From: Chlamydiales bacterium
GTDB taxonomy: Bacteria > Chlamydiota > Chlamydiia > Chlamydiales > Simkaniaceae
NCBI GenBank assembly: GCA_024233515.1
Contig: JACKPO010000008.1
Location: forward strand, 10,581-74,580
Direction of reading: 5' to 3'
Length of the DNA stretch: 64,000 bases
Shown: in pieces, positions 48,301-56,662 of the stretch
Position numbering within the stretch: position 1 is the stretch's first letter
How the letters are laid out: the number at the start of each line of letters is the position of its first letter
Translations under genes and position numbers: made by a program
Notes under the pieces: model-generated
The model's database searches: none
Seen by the model: only the letters and a program-made list of their open reading frames with translations
What the model was told of the DNA's origin: nothing

Positions 48301-48788
48301 ATTTCTCTTTTGAGGAGCGGGAGATTTTCCTTCAGTAAATTCCCCTCTTTTCGGTTGTTGATGAGAACCTTTGCCTCCCCAATGAAGAAAGACTCTTTAG
48401 GGTGGTGATCGAAATAGAACTCCATATGTTCAAAAGAAAGGATCGTCGTTTCTTGGTGGGGAAGAAGCCACCGTTTGATCATTTCTGTAACAAAGGTCTC
48501 TGTAGGAAGGCTAGACAGGGGGGGAATAAGAAAAAAAAGGGTGACCGTATCGGGTGGAGATTCAAAAGAGCTCCAGGAAATCCAAGGGATCGACGCATTG
48601 ATCCATTGTTCTAGTGATTGTTTATCTTTGAATGGTAGCGGCTTAGGGAGATGTTCTAAAAGAACGCCTCTCATTTTCTCAACATGGGCCTGAAGATTTT
48701 TTGAACGGCTATAAAAAGGAAAGGCCGGGTGAATGGTCAAATCCTTTGCTAGCTCAATCTTCTGTTTGGAAAGAGCTTTAATTTCCAT
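45306..48788 (-). CDS. Signal-less fusion: ~660-aa ACT-like N-terminal region plus a C-terminal OppA (SBP family 5) domain
   Basis: 1160 aa with no signal peptide or TM segment. C-terminal SLDPR, LFDGL, WSNGDPVTAHDFEYAW, CNGPF and VIPIF; N-terminal part is paralogous to 14023-16005. Confidence 0.85.
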   Translation of the reverse strand: MEIKALSKQKIELAKDLTIHPAFPFYSRSKNLQAHVEKMRGVLLEHLPKPLPFKDKQSLEQWINASIPWISWSSFESPPDTVTLFFLIPPLSSLPTETFVTEMIKRWLLPHQETTILSFEHMEFYFDHHPKESFFIGEAKVLINNRKEGNLLKENLPLLKREIISALSARRYAPVLLETKILPLDHKMNLIRESFIKLLHRFPDDLDETLFERLAFMQAYASKEFREERSYIHLGKIILTFILLRRQLKREINAFPEKRHMKIRFMATELSFPFGRKPVLGLSIGLNLFHQYEIFNEKHVLQAILKFYPNMRIVAGSTYRSALINDPIHTLYVEIEKNDGSPLTLEEKKTLRDNLEGELKKRIEHLVPSLFMVRNEEETMRNILILSRELKMDEDLPQMMINFDQHSQDDLVFTVVLLRIKREGMPSLQELLKNQDPRIRFILERVQSVNFAHNTFPIEANVFRLQIAKLPSFLRMDFSVNLYIARDEIVSFLTKHLGDIRDYNGGMMVKQGELLSQFKRLFQDISMRNLELLENFFYSLNPIESQATISLRSLSYFFEIFLKVTEQEHSKDKAFQLELEKNQHITVAVIRSNTADFQPLIEEALSEFQVQERSLISSMLTFEGYHYFSFIYEEMSEEKHEKLKRTLLTALEKWKKQKEQLQVLRAPYTTIVSLDPRIGGDQESSALVKLLFDGLVRIDDNGFPTCAVAKTYDLSNDKKVYTFTLRESYWSNGDPVTAHDFEYAWKKVLSPSFSTPFAYVFYPIKNARKAREGVVSIDEVGITAINDVTLKVELENPAPYFIELTSNTLYSPINHRVDKMHPNWASQKNEHFVCNGPFCLTLPSGSHIYEFKKNPKFWNQDKIKIDQINLSQVGLSTALHMFDHGQLDIICSNLCPTGDKETKKMIKERISRYPSLNLAWLCFNTNEFPFNQLKIRKAFSMAICRREVINQHLAGSIEAFTPIPYELTQCKTSPFLLPEDPKQAQDIFLEALDELRMKLDDFPIVYLSIPKTDKNSAIIYKEQLEGTLGVKCVIEEAEWSKHFKKMTTRNYQVGGINWSSWYKDPLYTLQSFKYTKEKVNFSGWENEQFQSLLDQSDRTIDPERRASFLREAEELLIKDVVVIPIFYGVGWYLKQKNLVLDEHTSNGNIDLSKAYFEKKQ

Positions 48789-48813
48789 GGGTCCACTATA
48801 TGAAATGAAATGA

Positions 48814-49899
48814 TTATTTCAAACCTTTCTTTCTTTCATGACGTGCAATGGCAAGTTCGATCAGTTGATCGATCAACTCTTGATAGGGAAGACCACTCAC
48901 CTCCCAAAGTTTTGGATAGAGGCTAATCTGAGTAAACCCTGGGATCGTATTGAGCTCATTGATTAAAAAGGTTCCATCTTTTTTCAGGAAAAAATCGGCC
49001 CGCGCCATCCCCTCGCAGCGGAGGACTTTGAAAGCTTTCAATGCCAGCTGCTGGACCTCTTTCATTTTTTCTGGAGGAAGTGCTGCAGGGAGCTGAAAGG
49101 CAGCCCCCTTCTCATCAAGATATTTCGCCTCATACGAATAATATTCATGGGAAGGGATAATTTCCCCTGCGAGGGAAACGGTGGGATTTTCATTTCCGAG
49201 AACAGAACATTCTATTTCTCTCCCCTCAATTCCCTCTTCAATTAAGATCCTCTCATCATAGCGAAAGGCCTCTCGGAGTGCTGGGGTTAGCTCTTCCTTT
49301 GAATGGACCTTGCTGATTCCTACTGAGGATCCCATCTGAGAGGGCTTTACGAAAAAAGGAAACGGAAATCTTTGGAGGAGCCTCTCTTCATCAAGGGGAT
49401 CACTTTGATGCATGACTTCATACCGAACAACTGGAAGACCATGGGCCCGAAGAAGATCTTTCATCACCCCTTTATCCATGCAAATCGCCGAGCTGAGGTG
49501 ATCGGGTCCAACATAAGGGAGATTCGCAAGCTCAATCAGCCCCTGAACGGTTCCATCTTCTCCAAGAGGTCCGTGCAAAATCGGAAAAATGACATCGAAT
49601 CCCCTTTTCAAACTGCAGGGAGAAAAGAGAATCTCCCTAGGAGAGGCTTTATGGGCAACTAGAGGAAAATGGGGGTCATTTTCTTGGAAGGTCGGAAGAT
49701 AATTATTTTTGAGAGAAAGAAGGAAGGGTTCTTTTTTTAGAAAATGCCACGATCCTTTTTTATCGATCCCGATAGGAAAAACGTCATATTTCTTGGGGCA
49801 TAAATGTTCGACAACCGATTTTGCAGAACGGACCGAGACTTCATGTTCTGCCGATTGCCCTCCAAAGAGAACTCCAAGTCGAATCTTCGTTTGCATCAT
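48814..49899 (-). CDS. ddl: D-alanine--D-alanine ligase
   Basis: FGGQSAEHEVS, LHGPLGEDG, GSSVG, YSYEAKY and NELNTIPGFT. Confidence 0.96.
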   Translation of the reverse strand: MMQTKIRLGVLFGGQSAEHEVSVRSAKSVVEHLCPKKYDVFPIGIDKKGSWHFLKKEPFLLSLKNNYLPTFQENDPHFPLVAHKASPREILFSPCSLKRGFDVIFPILHGPLGEDGTVQGLIELANLPYVGPDHLSSAICMDKGVMKDLLRAHGLPVVRYEVMHQSDPLDEERLLQRFPFPFFVKPSQMGSSVGISKVHSKEELTPALREAFRYDERILIEEGIEGREIECSVLGNENPTVSLAGEIIPSHEYYSYEAKYLDEKGAAFQLPAALPPEKMKEVQQLALKAFKVLRCEGMARADFFLKKDGTFLINELNTIPGFTQISLYPKLWEVSGLPYQELIDQLIELAIARHERKKGLK

Positions 49900-49925
49900 A
49901 AAACCACCTGTCTTATTTTATACCT

Positions 49926-50963
49926 ATGGAACTCCTTTATTCAAACACAATTCTCTCCTTCCTAAAAAAAGTGCGCATGCTTTCCCAGCAGATTCTTACC
50001 GAAGAAATGGGGCTGAAAGTGGGGCGCTCCCGCCTCTATTATCAAAGGGGTTCCTATCCTCTTAATTTTGTCGTTTTTGACCATCCCACACGCTTAGGAT
50101 ATTTCACCTCCACTCATTATGAAATCGGAATCAATAAACTCTTTCTTGTGGAAAAGGATGAGGAGATCAAAAATCTGTTGCGTCACGAGCTTGCCCACTA
50201 TATGACTTTTCTAGACTATGGAGAAGGGGTCCCTTCCCATGGAAAGGAATTCCGCTCGGTTTGCGAGCGCTATGGATGGTCCTCAAGAGTTTCACGGGCA
50301 AAGGTTCCCATTGAAAAGGCAGTTAAAAATCGCCGCATCGCCGAAAAGGTTCGAAAGCTTCTCTCTCTTGCTGAAAGCCACCACAAAGAAGAGGCGCAAG
50401 CTGCAACACTCAAAGCGCAAGAGCTCCTTCTTAAACATAACCTCTCATCTCATGACGTCGAGGAAGAAACTGTTGTGAAACGGATTTTCAAGGGGAAACG
50501 GTGTAGTGCAAAGCTTCAGGCTATTGCTGAGATCCTCCGGACCTTTTTCGTCTATCCTGTTTTCAATCATGGGAAAAACGCACTTTATCTGGAAATCATT
50601 GGAGAGCGCCTTAATGTTGAAATAGCAGACTATGTCTTCCACTTCCTCGATCATCATCTAGAAGCGCTTTGGATGTCTCGCCCCTCAACCCTCAAGGGGC
50701 TCGCAGCTAAAAATGCCTTTTTCCGTGGCATCTCCAAAGGATTTCTTTCAAAGGAGCCCCCTTCTTCTGGGCTGATGCGGATCGAGCGCGCTTTGATGGA
50801 GCGCGTGGGAACGATTTATCCCCATCTTTCCTATAGGAAAAGTTCTTATCGCTATTCTTCCCATGCAGAAAAAGAAGGGGTACGTGTGGGGCAAACTCTT
50901 AAGATTCGAGAAGGGATAAAAAAAGCCTTTCGTCCTCTTATTTCCTGGAATAGGTTGCCATAA
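49926..50963 (+). CDS. SprT-like metalloprotease plus DUF2786 domain protein
   Basis: LRHELAH (HExxH), HGKEF, and KVRKLLSLAES...EA..A..KAQELL.KHN. Confidence 0.8.
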   Translation: MELLYSNTILSFLKKVRMLSQQILTEEMGLKVGRSRLYYQRGSYPLNFVVFDHPTRLGYFTSTHYEIGINKLFLVEKDEEIKNLLRHELAHYMTFLDYGEGVPSHGKEFRSVCERYGWSSRVSRAKVPIEKAVKNRRIAEKVRKLLSLAESHHKEEAQAATLKAQELLLKHNLSSHDVEEETVVKRIFKGKRCSAKLQAIAEILRTFFVYPVFNHGKNALYLEIIGERLNVEIADYVFHFLDHHLEALWMSRPSTLKGLAAKNAFFRGISKGFLSKEPPSSGLMRIERALMERVGTIYPHLSYRKSSYRYSSHAEKEGVRVGQTLKIREGIKKAFRPLISWNRLP

Positions 50964-51021
50964 ATCATTAAAGAAGTTAACCTAATGAGGTTTTGTAAAC
51001 CTAAACAAAGAGGGAGTACGA

Positions 51022-51258
51022 ATGAAAAAAATGTCAATTTTAGCACTAGCAGCAGCAACACTTTTTGGAACACTTTACGCTGACGAAGAGCCAGTAAAAG
51101 ATGAGCCGGTTGCTACCACTGATTCTACAGAAGAGACTGAAGAAGGAACTTCTGTTTCTTTTAACGACGGTGAAGAAGAAGGCGAAGTAAAAGCTGATAG
51201 CTTTCTTGCTGCAAATGATGACGAAGAAAAACCTGTAGAAGACGAGCGCATCGCGTAA
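51022..51258 (+). CDS. Small, very acidic exported protein
   Basis: GGGAG RBS, signal peptide MKKMSILALAAATLFGTLYA, D/E-rich mature part, followed by a terminator. Confidence 0.75.
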   Translation: MKKMSILALAAATLFGTLYADEEPVKDEPVATTDSTEETEEGTSVSFNDGEEEGEVKADSFLAANDDEEKPVEDERIA

Positions 51259-51277
51259 GTTTTTCTATTGGACATAT

Positions 51278-51304
51278 GGCGAGCCACAGAGGCTCGCCTT
51301 TTTT
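51278..51304 (+). terminator. Intrinsic terminator
   Basis: GGCGAGCC-ACAGA-GGCTCGCC followed by T6. Confidence 0.8.
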
Positions 51305-51709
51305 ATGCCTGTCACTAAAGAGAAAAAAGAAGCCTTAGAAAAACGGATGGAAGAACTCGAGATCTTTGAGCAAGATCTAGTCGAGAAATTCATCTTGGGC
51401 TCAGGAAGTGGAGGGCAAAAGATCAATAAAACCGCCTCCTGTGTCTATCTCAAACATCTTCCTTCTGGCATTGAAATCAAGTGCCAACAAGACCGATCCC
51501 GTGAAATGAACCGCTTTTTTGCACGGCGAGAGCTTTGCGAAAAAATTGCAACAAAGATCCATGGGGAAAAAACGAAAAAAGAGCGGGAAATTCAAAAAAA
51601 ACGGCTCCAAAAAAAGCGACGATCACGCAGAATGAAGCAAAAGATCCTCGAAGAAAAGAGGAAACATTCTGAAACTAAATCGCTCAGAAAAAAGGTCAAA
51701 GAAGAATGA
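51305..51709 (+). CDS. Peptide chain release factor-like ribosome-rescue protein (ArfB/C12orf65-like)
   Basis: GSGSGGQKINKT (GGQ motif), H.PSGI..KCQ..RS...N and a basic C-terminal tail. Confidence 0.88.
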   Translation: MPVTKEKKEALEKRMEELEIFEQDLVEKFILGSGSGGQKINKTASCVYLKHLPSGIEIKCQQDRSREMNRFFARRELCEKIATKIHGEKTKKEREIQKKRLQKKRRSRRMKQKILEEKRKHSETKSLRKKVKEE

Positions 51710-52143
51710 GATTTGTCGATACGATACGGGGATATGTGATCCGAATGGAACCAGGAGAAGAGCTTCTCTCCTCTCTTGCCAGCTTTGTCGAAAAAATGAG
51801 GATCCCTAGTGGCTATTTCCAAGGGATTGGCGGGGTTACCGACGTGGAGCTAGGCTACTTTGACCTCAAGAAAAATGACTACGATCGCCACAGCTACTCA
51901 GGAGAGTATGAGCTGATTAGTGCAAGTGGGAACATTTCGGATGTTGATGGGAAACCCTTTGTCCATACCCATGGAGTCTTCTCAGATGAGAAATGTCAAA
52001 CCTTTTCGGGTCATCTTTTTAAAGCAACGGTCACGATCACGGTAGAAATCTTCCTCTTTCCTCTTGATATCGTTCTCATGCGAAAACCCCACGAAACGAT
52101 TAACTTCCAGCAGCTTGATCTCCCCCATCATTTTGTGCGGTAA
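51706..52143 (+). CDS. PPC/DUF296 domain protein
   Basis: R..PGEEL, GIGG, ELIS..GN, HTH and GHL. Confidence 0.88.
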   Translation: MRFVDTIRGYVIRMEPGEELLSSLASFVEKMRIPSGYFQGIGGVTDVELGYFDLKKNDYDRHSYSGEYELISASGNISDVDGKPFVHTHGVFSDEKCQTFSGHLFKATVTITVEIFLFPLDIVLMRKPHETINFQQLDLPHHFVR

Positions 52144-53257
52144 AGCCGCTGACGCGGAAGAAATGCTCTCCAGATGGACCGTACCCGAGCCCTGGAGTGA
52201 CAATGGTATGACGCTTTTCTAAAAACTCTTGAAAAAGATCCCAAGAGAGCTTTCCTGGAGTATGAACCCAAAGATAGGGGGCATTAACTCCACCATAGAC
52301 TTGATATCCTTCTTGTTCGAATTGCTTCTTCAGTCTCATCGTATTGCGCATGGTGATCGCAATATTCTCTATAATCCCCTCCCACCCCTCTTTTGAGAAA
52401 ACGGCAAGCCCCCCTTTTTGAGCGATAATCGAAGCCCCATTAAAAATGGTCGATGCAAAGCGGTAGTAGTCATTCCATACAGAGTGGCCACACTCAAATT
52501 TCAGGGCTTTTGGGATGACTGTCCACCCTAGACGGATCCCTGTAAATCCTGCCAATTTTGAGAAGGAATTGACCTCTATCGCAACTTTCTCTGCTCCAGG
52601 AATTTCATAAATGGTTTTGGGAAGAGTATGGTCCTGGATATATCCCACATAGGCGCCATCATAAAGGATCACAATGTGATGTTTGATGGCAAAATCGACG
52701 ATCTTCTTCAGCTGACTGTGAGTAAAAGTTGCCCCTGTGGGGTTATTTGGATTACAAAGGTAAAGGAGATCAATCTCTGGGATAAGCTCAGGGAAGAACT
52801 CATTTTCAGCTGTGCAAGGGAGACGCTTGATTTCTTGAACTCCTTGTAAAATCGACCCCTCGACATAAACAGGATAAGCGGGATCTTGCAAACCTACACG
52901 AATTCCTCCCCCAAAAAGGGTTTGGAGGCGTCCAATTTCACTTTTCGCCCCATCTGAGATAAAGATTTCATCGGGACTTAAGTGGGGATAAAAGGCTTGG
53001 CAAATTTTCTCTCTTAGCTCCAAAAGCCCTTGCTCTTTTCCATAGCCTGTGTACCCATCGCGTGTTCCGAGCTCATGACTTGCTTTTGCTAAAGCATCGG
53101 AGACTACTTTGGGGAGAGGAAGTTTTGTGTCTCCAATCCCTAAATTCAGGAGGTTAACACCTGGATTCTGTTCCAGAAAAAGGTTTTTCCGTCTGTTAAT
53201 TTCTGGAAAAAGATAAGAGGGACTCAAAGCTTGAACCCCTTCTAGCCTTTGGATCAT
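52100..53257 (-). CDS. dapL: LL-diaminopimelate aminotransferase
   Basis: YLFPEI, LGIGD, GYG.EQG, ISDGAK, NPNNPTG, SFSKLAGFTG.RLG and NAPYLW. Confidence 0.93.
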   Translation of the reverse strand: MIQRLEGVQALSPSYLFPEINRRKNLFLEQNPGVNLLNLGIGDTKLPLPKVVSDALAKASHELGTRDGYTGYGKEQGLLELREKICQAFYPHLSPDEIFISDGAKSEIGRLQTLFGGGIRVGLQDPAYPVYVEGSILQGVQEIKRLPCTAENEFFPELIPEIDLLYLCNPNNPTGATFTHSQLKKIVDFAIKHHIVILYDGAYVGYIQDHTLPKTIYEIPGAEKVAIEVNSFSKLAGFTGIRLGWTVIPKALKFECGHSVWNDYYRFASTIFNGASIIAQKGGLAVFSKEGWEGIIENIAITMRNTMRLKKQFEQEGYQVYGGVNAPYLWVHTPGKLSWDLFQEFLEKRHTIVTPGLGYGPSGEHFFRVSGFTAQNDGGDQAAGS

Positions 53258-54141
53258 ATGAGATGCTCCTTTGCAAAATATTCAGCTGTTAAGAGTCCCC
53301 CGCCTGCTGCTCCCCGCATCAAATTATGAGAAAGAGCTGTGAAGCGAATATCGAAGAGAGGACAAGATCTCAGCCGTCCAAGAGTAATGGTCATCCCCTC
53401 TTCCACATCTTTTAGGGGTTGAGGGCGATCGTTTTCTTCTCGGTAACGAAAGACCTTTTCAGGAGAACTGGGAAGGTCTAGTCTAGGAAAGGCTTCCCAG
53501 CATTTTCTAACCTCTTCTAACGTGGGCTTTGTCTCAAAAGAAGCTGAAATGCAAGCTAAATGGCCATGCACAACAGGAACGCGTGTGCAATGGATACTCA
53601 TGGGGAGAGTGGGCGCGCCCAAAATTTTTAGCGATTCTTGTTCTGATTTTTCTTCTTCCCCTTCGATATAGGGAATGACGTTTTGTCCTAACGTAAAATC
53701 CTTTCCTGCACCACTCATCGATTGGAGGTTTGTCACGGCCACACTTTTTAAGCGAAATTGCAGATGCAAGGGGTAGAGGGGAAGGAGCATGCTTTGCAGG
53801 GTGCAGTTTGGCTTGGCAATCATCCCTCCTTTCCAATGTTTCAATATTTCCCCATTGATTTCAGGAATAATCAGAGAGACCCCCTCTTTCAGCCGGTGGC
53901 AAGAGGCGGAACTAAACAGAGGAAACCCTGCCTGGACATAGAGTGGTTCAACCGTTTCAGCCACCTCATTTGGGAGAGCAGAAAAAATGAGGGCACATCC
54001 CTTAGCTTTTTCAACCTGTGCACACTCGTCGCGCATCGGAATAAAGGAGAGTTCAAAATAGGGATGGCCTTTTAAGAGCTTGACATAACTTTGGCCGACA
54101 AGCCCCGTACTTCCTAGGAGACCGACCCTTAATTTAGACAT
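53254..54141 (-). CDS. asd: Aspartate-semialdehyde dehydrogenase (compact form)
   Basis: GSTGLVGQ, IPEIN, PNC, QSMSGAG, RVPVVHGH and HNL.RGAAG. Confidence 0.93.
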   Translation of the reverse strand: MSKLRVGLLGSTGLVGQSYVKLLKGHPYFELSFIPMRDECAQVEKAKGCALIFSALPNEVAETVEPLYVQAGFPLFSSASCHRLKEGVSLIIPEINGEILKHWKGGMIAKPNCTLQSMLLPLYPLHLQFRLKSVAVTNLQSMSGAGKDFTLGQNVIPYIEGEEEKSEQESLKILGAPTLPMSIHCTRVPVVHGHLACISASFETKPTLEEVRKCWEAFPRLDLPSSPEKVFRYREENDRPQPLKDVEEGMTITLGRLRSCPLFDIRFTALSHNLMRGAAGGGLLTAEYFAKEHLI

Positions 54142-54958
54142 AAGCCCCCATCAGCTCATCGATTTTCTCTTGATGAATAGGAGAAAGAGGGGCAAGAGGC
54201 GTCCGGACCTCCCCTGCTGCCATTCCTGCGCGATTCATCATTGCTTTTATCGGCACAGGATTTGTTTCGATGTGTGAGGCTTCCATCAGAGGAATCAACT
54301 CGAAATACTTTTCCACGGTCAGCTCGGTCATTTCAAAAGGCAAAAGATTGCTCAAAACAGAGATGACTCCCTTCGCGCCGAGCGCTTGATAAGGAATAGA
54401 AAGGAGATCATCCCCAGCATAAAGCTCAAAATCGGGAAGAGCGCTTCGGATCGAAGCAACGTAAGAGATCGATCCACTGGCATCTTTGATGCCGATAATA
54501 TTCTCTTCTTGATAGAGGCGGATCAGTGTTTCAAGGGAAATCTCCACCCCTGTCCGTTTGGGGTTATTGTAGAGAAGGATCGGAAGATTTGTCGAACGTG
54601 CAACGGCTTCGAAATGGGCTGCAAGTCCTGTTTGGGAAGGACGGCAATAGTAGGGAGCAATCACCAAGAGAACATCAGCTCCGAGCTCTTCTGCTTCTTT
54701 TGCTTTTTGAATCGTTTTTTCTGTGGAGATATCTCCAACATTGACCATCAGGGGGATCTGTTTTAAATTTACCGCCGTTTCAATAACCGCTCTTCGCTCT
54801 TGGTCTGAAAGGGTCGCCCCCTCTCCTGTTGTGCCTAACACAAGGAGACCATCGACCCCACTTTCGATTTGATAAAGGATATTCTCCTTCAGTCCATCGA
54901 AATCAACAGCATGGTTTTTCAGTGGGGTAATAAGGGCTGTAATGACTTTTGATTCCAC
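54134..54958 (-). CDS. dapA: 4-hydroxy-tetrahydrodipicolinate synthase
   Basis: TALITP, GTTGE, PYY.RP, LYN.P.RTG, GIKDASG and ETNPVPIK. Confidence 0.95.
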   Translation of the reverse strand: MESKVITALITPLKNHAVDFDGLKENILYQIESGVDGLLVLGTTGEGATLSDQERRAVIETAVNLKQIPLMVNVGDISTEKTIQKAKEAEELGADVLLVIAPYYCRPSQTGLAAHFEAVARSTNLPILLYNNPKRTGVEISLETLIRLYQEENIIGIKDASGSISYVASIRSALPDFELYAGDDLLSIPYQALGAKGVISVLSNLLPFEMTELTVEKYFELIPLMEASHIETNPVPIKAMMNRAGMAAGEVRTPLAPLSPIHQEKIDELMGAYV

Positions 54959-55572
54959 ATCTCCTCCAAAATCGCGTCAAAGGTATAGATTCCCTCTTTT
55001 CCGATCATCCATTCTGCCGCAACAACCGCTCCTTTGGCAAATCCTTTTCGATTTTTTGCTCGGTGGACAAGCTCGATTTGATCTTCTTTGCTTTCGAAAA
55101 TGAGTTCGTGAATGCCAAAGTGATCTCCTTCACGCACGCTGTCGAAGATGAGTCCATCGATTTCATTCATAAGCTTGCGCGCTGTCCCTGAGGGAGTATC
55201 TTTTTTTTCAGAATGGTGCGTTTCAACACCCCTCATCGAAAATTCTTCAGCCATCATCTTTGCCCCAAGTCGCGCCAAACGAGAGTAAATCGCCACTCCA
55301 ATGGAAAAGTTAGGACCATAGAGAAGAGGAATATTCCCCTCTTCAGCAATCGGCAAGACCTCGCGCGCACTCCATCCCGTCGTCCCCACAACCCAGGGTA
55401 TCCCCTTTCCGCGAAGGGCCTCCGCCGTCTCAAGGACAGCGGAAGGCTCGGTAAAATCAATCAACACATCGACCTCAAAAGAGATGCCGATTGAAACAGT
55501 ATGCCCTTTTTCTAGAGCGACCACCTCAACAGCTTTGCCCATCTTTCCGTAGCCAATGAGTCCAATCTTCAT
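54919..55572 (-). CDS. dapB: 4-hydroxy-tetrahydrodipicolinate reductase
   Basis: GYGKMG, IDFT, GTTG, NFSIG and ETHH..KKD.PSGTA. Confidence 0.95.
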   Translation of the reverse strand: MKIGLIGYGKMGKAVEVVALEKGHTVSIGISFEVDVLIDFTEPSAVLETAEALRGKGIPWVVGTTGWSAREVLPIAEEGNIPLLYGPNFSIGVAIYSRLARLGAKMMAEEFSMRGVETHHSEKKDTPSGTARKLMNEIDGLIFDSVREGDHFGIHELIFESKEDQIELVHRAKNRKGFAKGAVVAAEWMIGKEGIYTFDAILEEMWNQKSLQPLLPH

Positions 55573-56090
55573 TCTTTCACAGACATTTTGATGATTTTGA
55601 CCTCTTTTTTAGGACGTCCACTCGGAGATCCCAATGCTTCGATCTTTTTAACGACGTCATAGCCACTGGTTACTTCTCCAAAGATGGTGTGCTTTCCCTG
55701 TAGCCATTCGGTCTTAGCCGTGGTGATGAAAAACTGACTTCCATTGGTTCCTGGACCTGCGTTTGCCATCGCAAGAAGACCTGGCTTCTCGAAGCGAACT
55801 TTCGATGAACACTCATCCTTGAAAGGTTTTCCAAAGGCAGACTTCCCGCCGGTTCCATTTCCCCTCTCAAAATCTCCCCCTTGGATCATAAAGTTGGGAA
55901 TGATCCGGTGGAAGGGCGCGTTATCATATTTGCCACTTTCTGCAAGCTTCACCATGTTCTCACAGGCAAGAGGAGCCACTTCAGGCTTCAGGGTAAACTC
56001 AATCGTCCCCTCTGTTGTTTCCATCACAACAACGGGATTGCCAGCGTAGAGCGCAAAAGCGCCGAGTAGTAATGCGATTAGTTTTTTCAT
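55569..56090 (-). CDS. Cyclophilin-type peptidyl-prolyl isomerase with signal peptide
   Basis: [28 protein letters not shown] and HTIFG. Confidence 0.95.
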   Translation of the reverse strand: MKKLIALLLGAFALYAGNPVVVMETTEGTIEFTLKPEVAPLACENMVKLAESGKYDNAPFHRIIPNFMIQGGDFERGNGTGGKSAFGKPFKDECSSKVRFEKPGLLAMANAGPGTNGSQFFITTAKTEWLQGKHTIFGEVTSGYDVVKKIEALGSPSGRPKKEVKIIKMSVKE

Positions 56091-56093
56091 CTT

Positions 56094-56573
56094 CTATTCC
56101 TTCACTGTCATTTTAATGATTTTCTGTTCTTTGACGGGACGATCTTGCATCCCTGTTTCCACAGCCTCAAGTTTTTGAACGACATCGTATCCTTTCTTAA
56201 CCTCACCAAAAATCGTATGATTTCCATTGAGCCAAGGGGTTTCGACTGTCGTGATGAAAAATTGGCTCCCGTTGGTTCCAGGACCCGCATTAGCCATTGC
56301 TAGAAGGCCAGGCTTGCTAAATGTCACACCTGCGGTGCACTCATCTTCAAAGGGCTTACCCCAAATCGATTCTCCTCCAGCTCCTGTTCCTGTTGGATCG
56401 CCTCCTTGAATCATAAATTCTTTGATGATCCGATGAAACACGATTCCATCGTAGTACCCTTTCTTCGCAAGCTTCACCATATTCTCACACGCTTTTGGTG
56501 CAACTTCAGGCTTCAGTTCCAGCTCAATAGTTCCTTGCGTTGTTTCCATGACAATTGTTGGCTTTTTAGACAT
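56094..56573 (-). CDS. Cyclophilin-type peptidyl-prolyl isomerase, cytoplasmic
   Basis: Same motifs; start at the ATG 56573 with an AAGGAG RBS. Confidence 0.95.
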   Translation of the reverse strand: MSKKPTIVMETTQGTIELELKPEVAPKACENMVKLAKKGYYDGIVFHRIIKEFMIQGGDPTGTGAGGESIWGKPFEDECTAGVTFSKPGLLAMANAGPGTNGSQFFITTVETPWLNGNHTIFGEVKKGYDVVQKLEAVETGMQDRPVKEQKIIKMTVKE

Positions 56574-56662
56574 CCTATCTCCTTCATGATTGAAAAAGCC
56601 CAGTGTATAGGGGCGACAGAAAAACTTCAACCTGTTATACAGGGGTTAACCCCGAGGTATTC

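Noticed and set aside
51075-51287. Ser-rich minus-strand ORF
   Set aside because: It is the antisense image of the acidic exported protein, which has the RBS, signal peptide and terminator.
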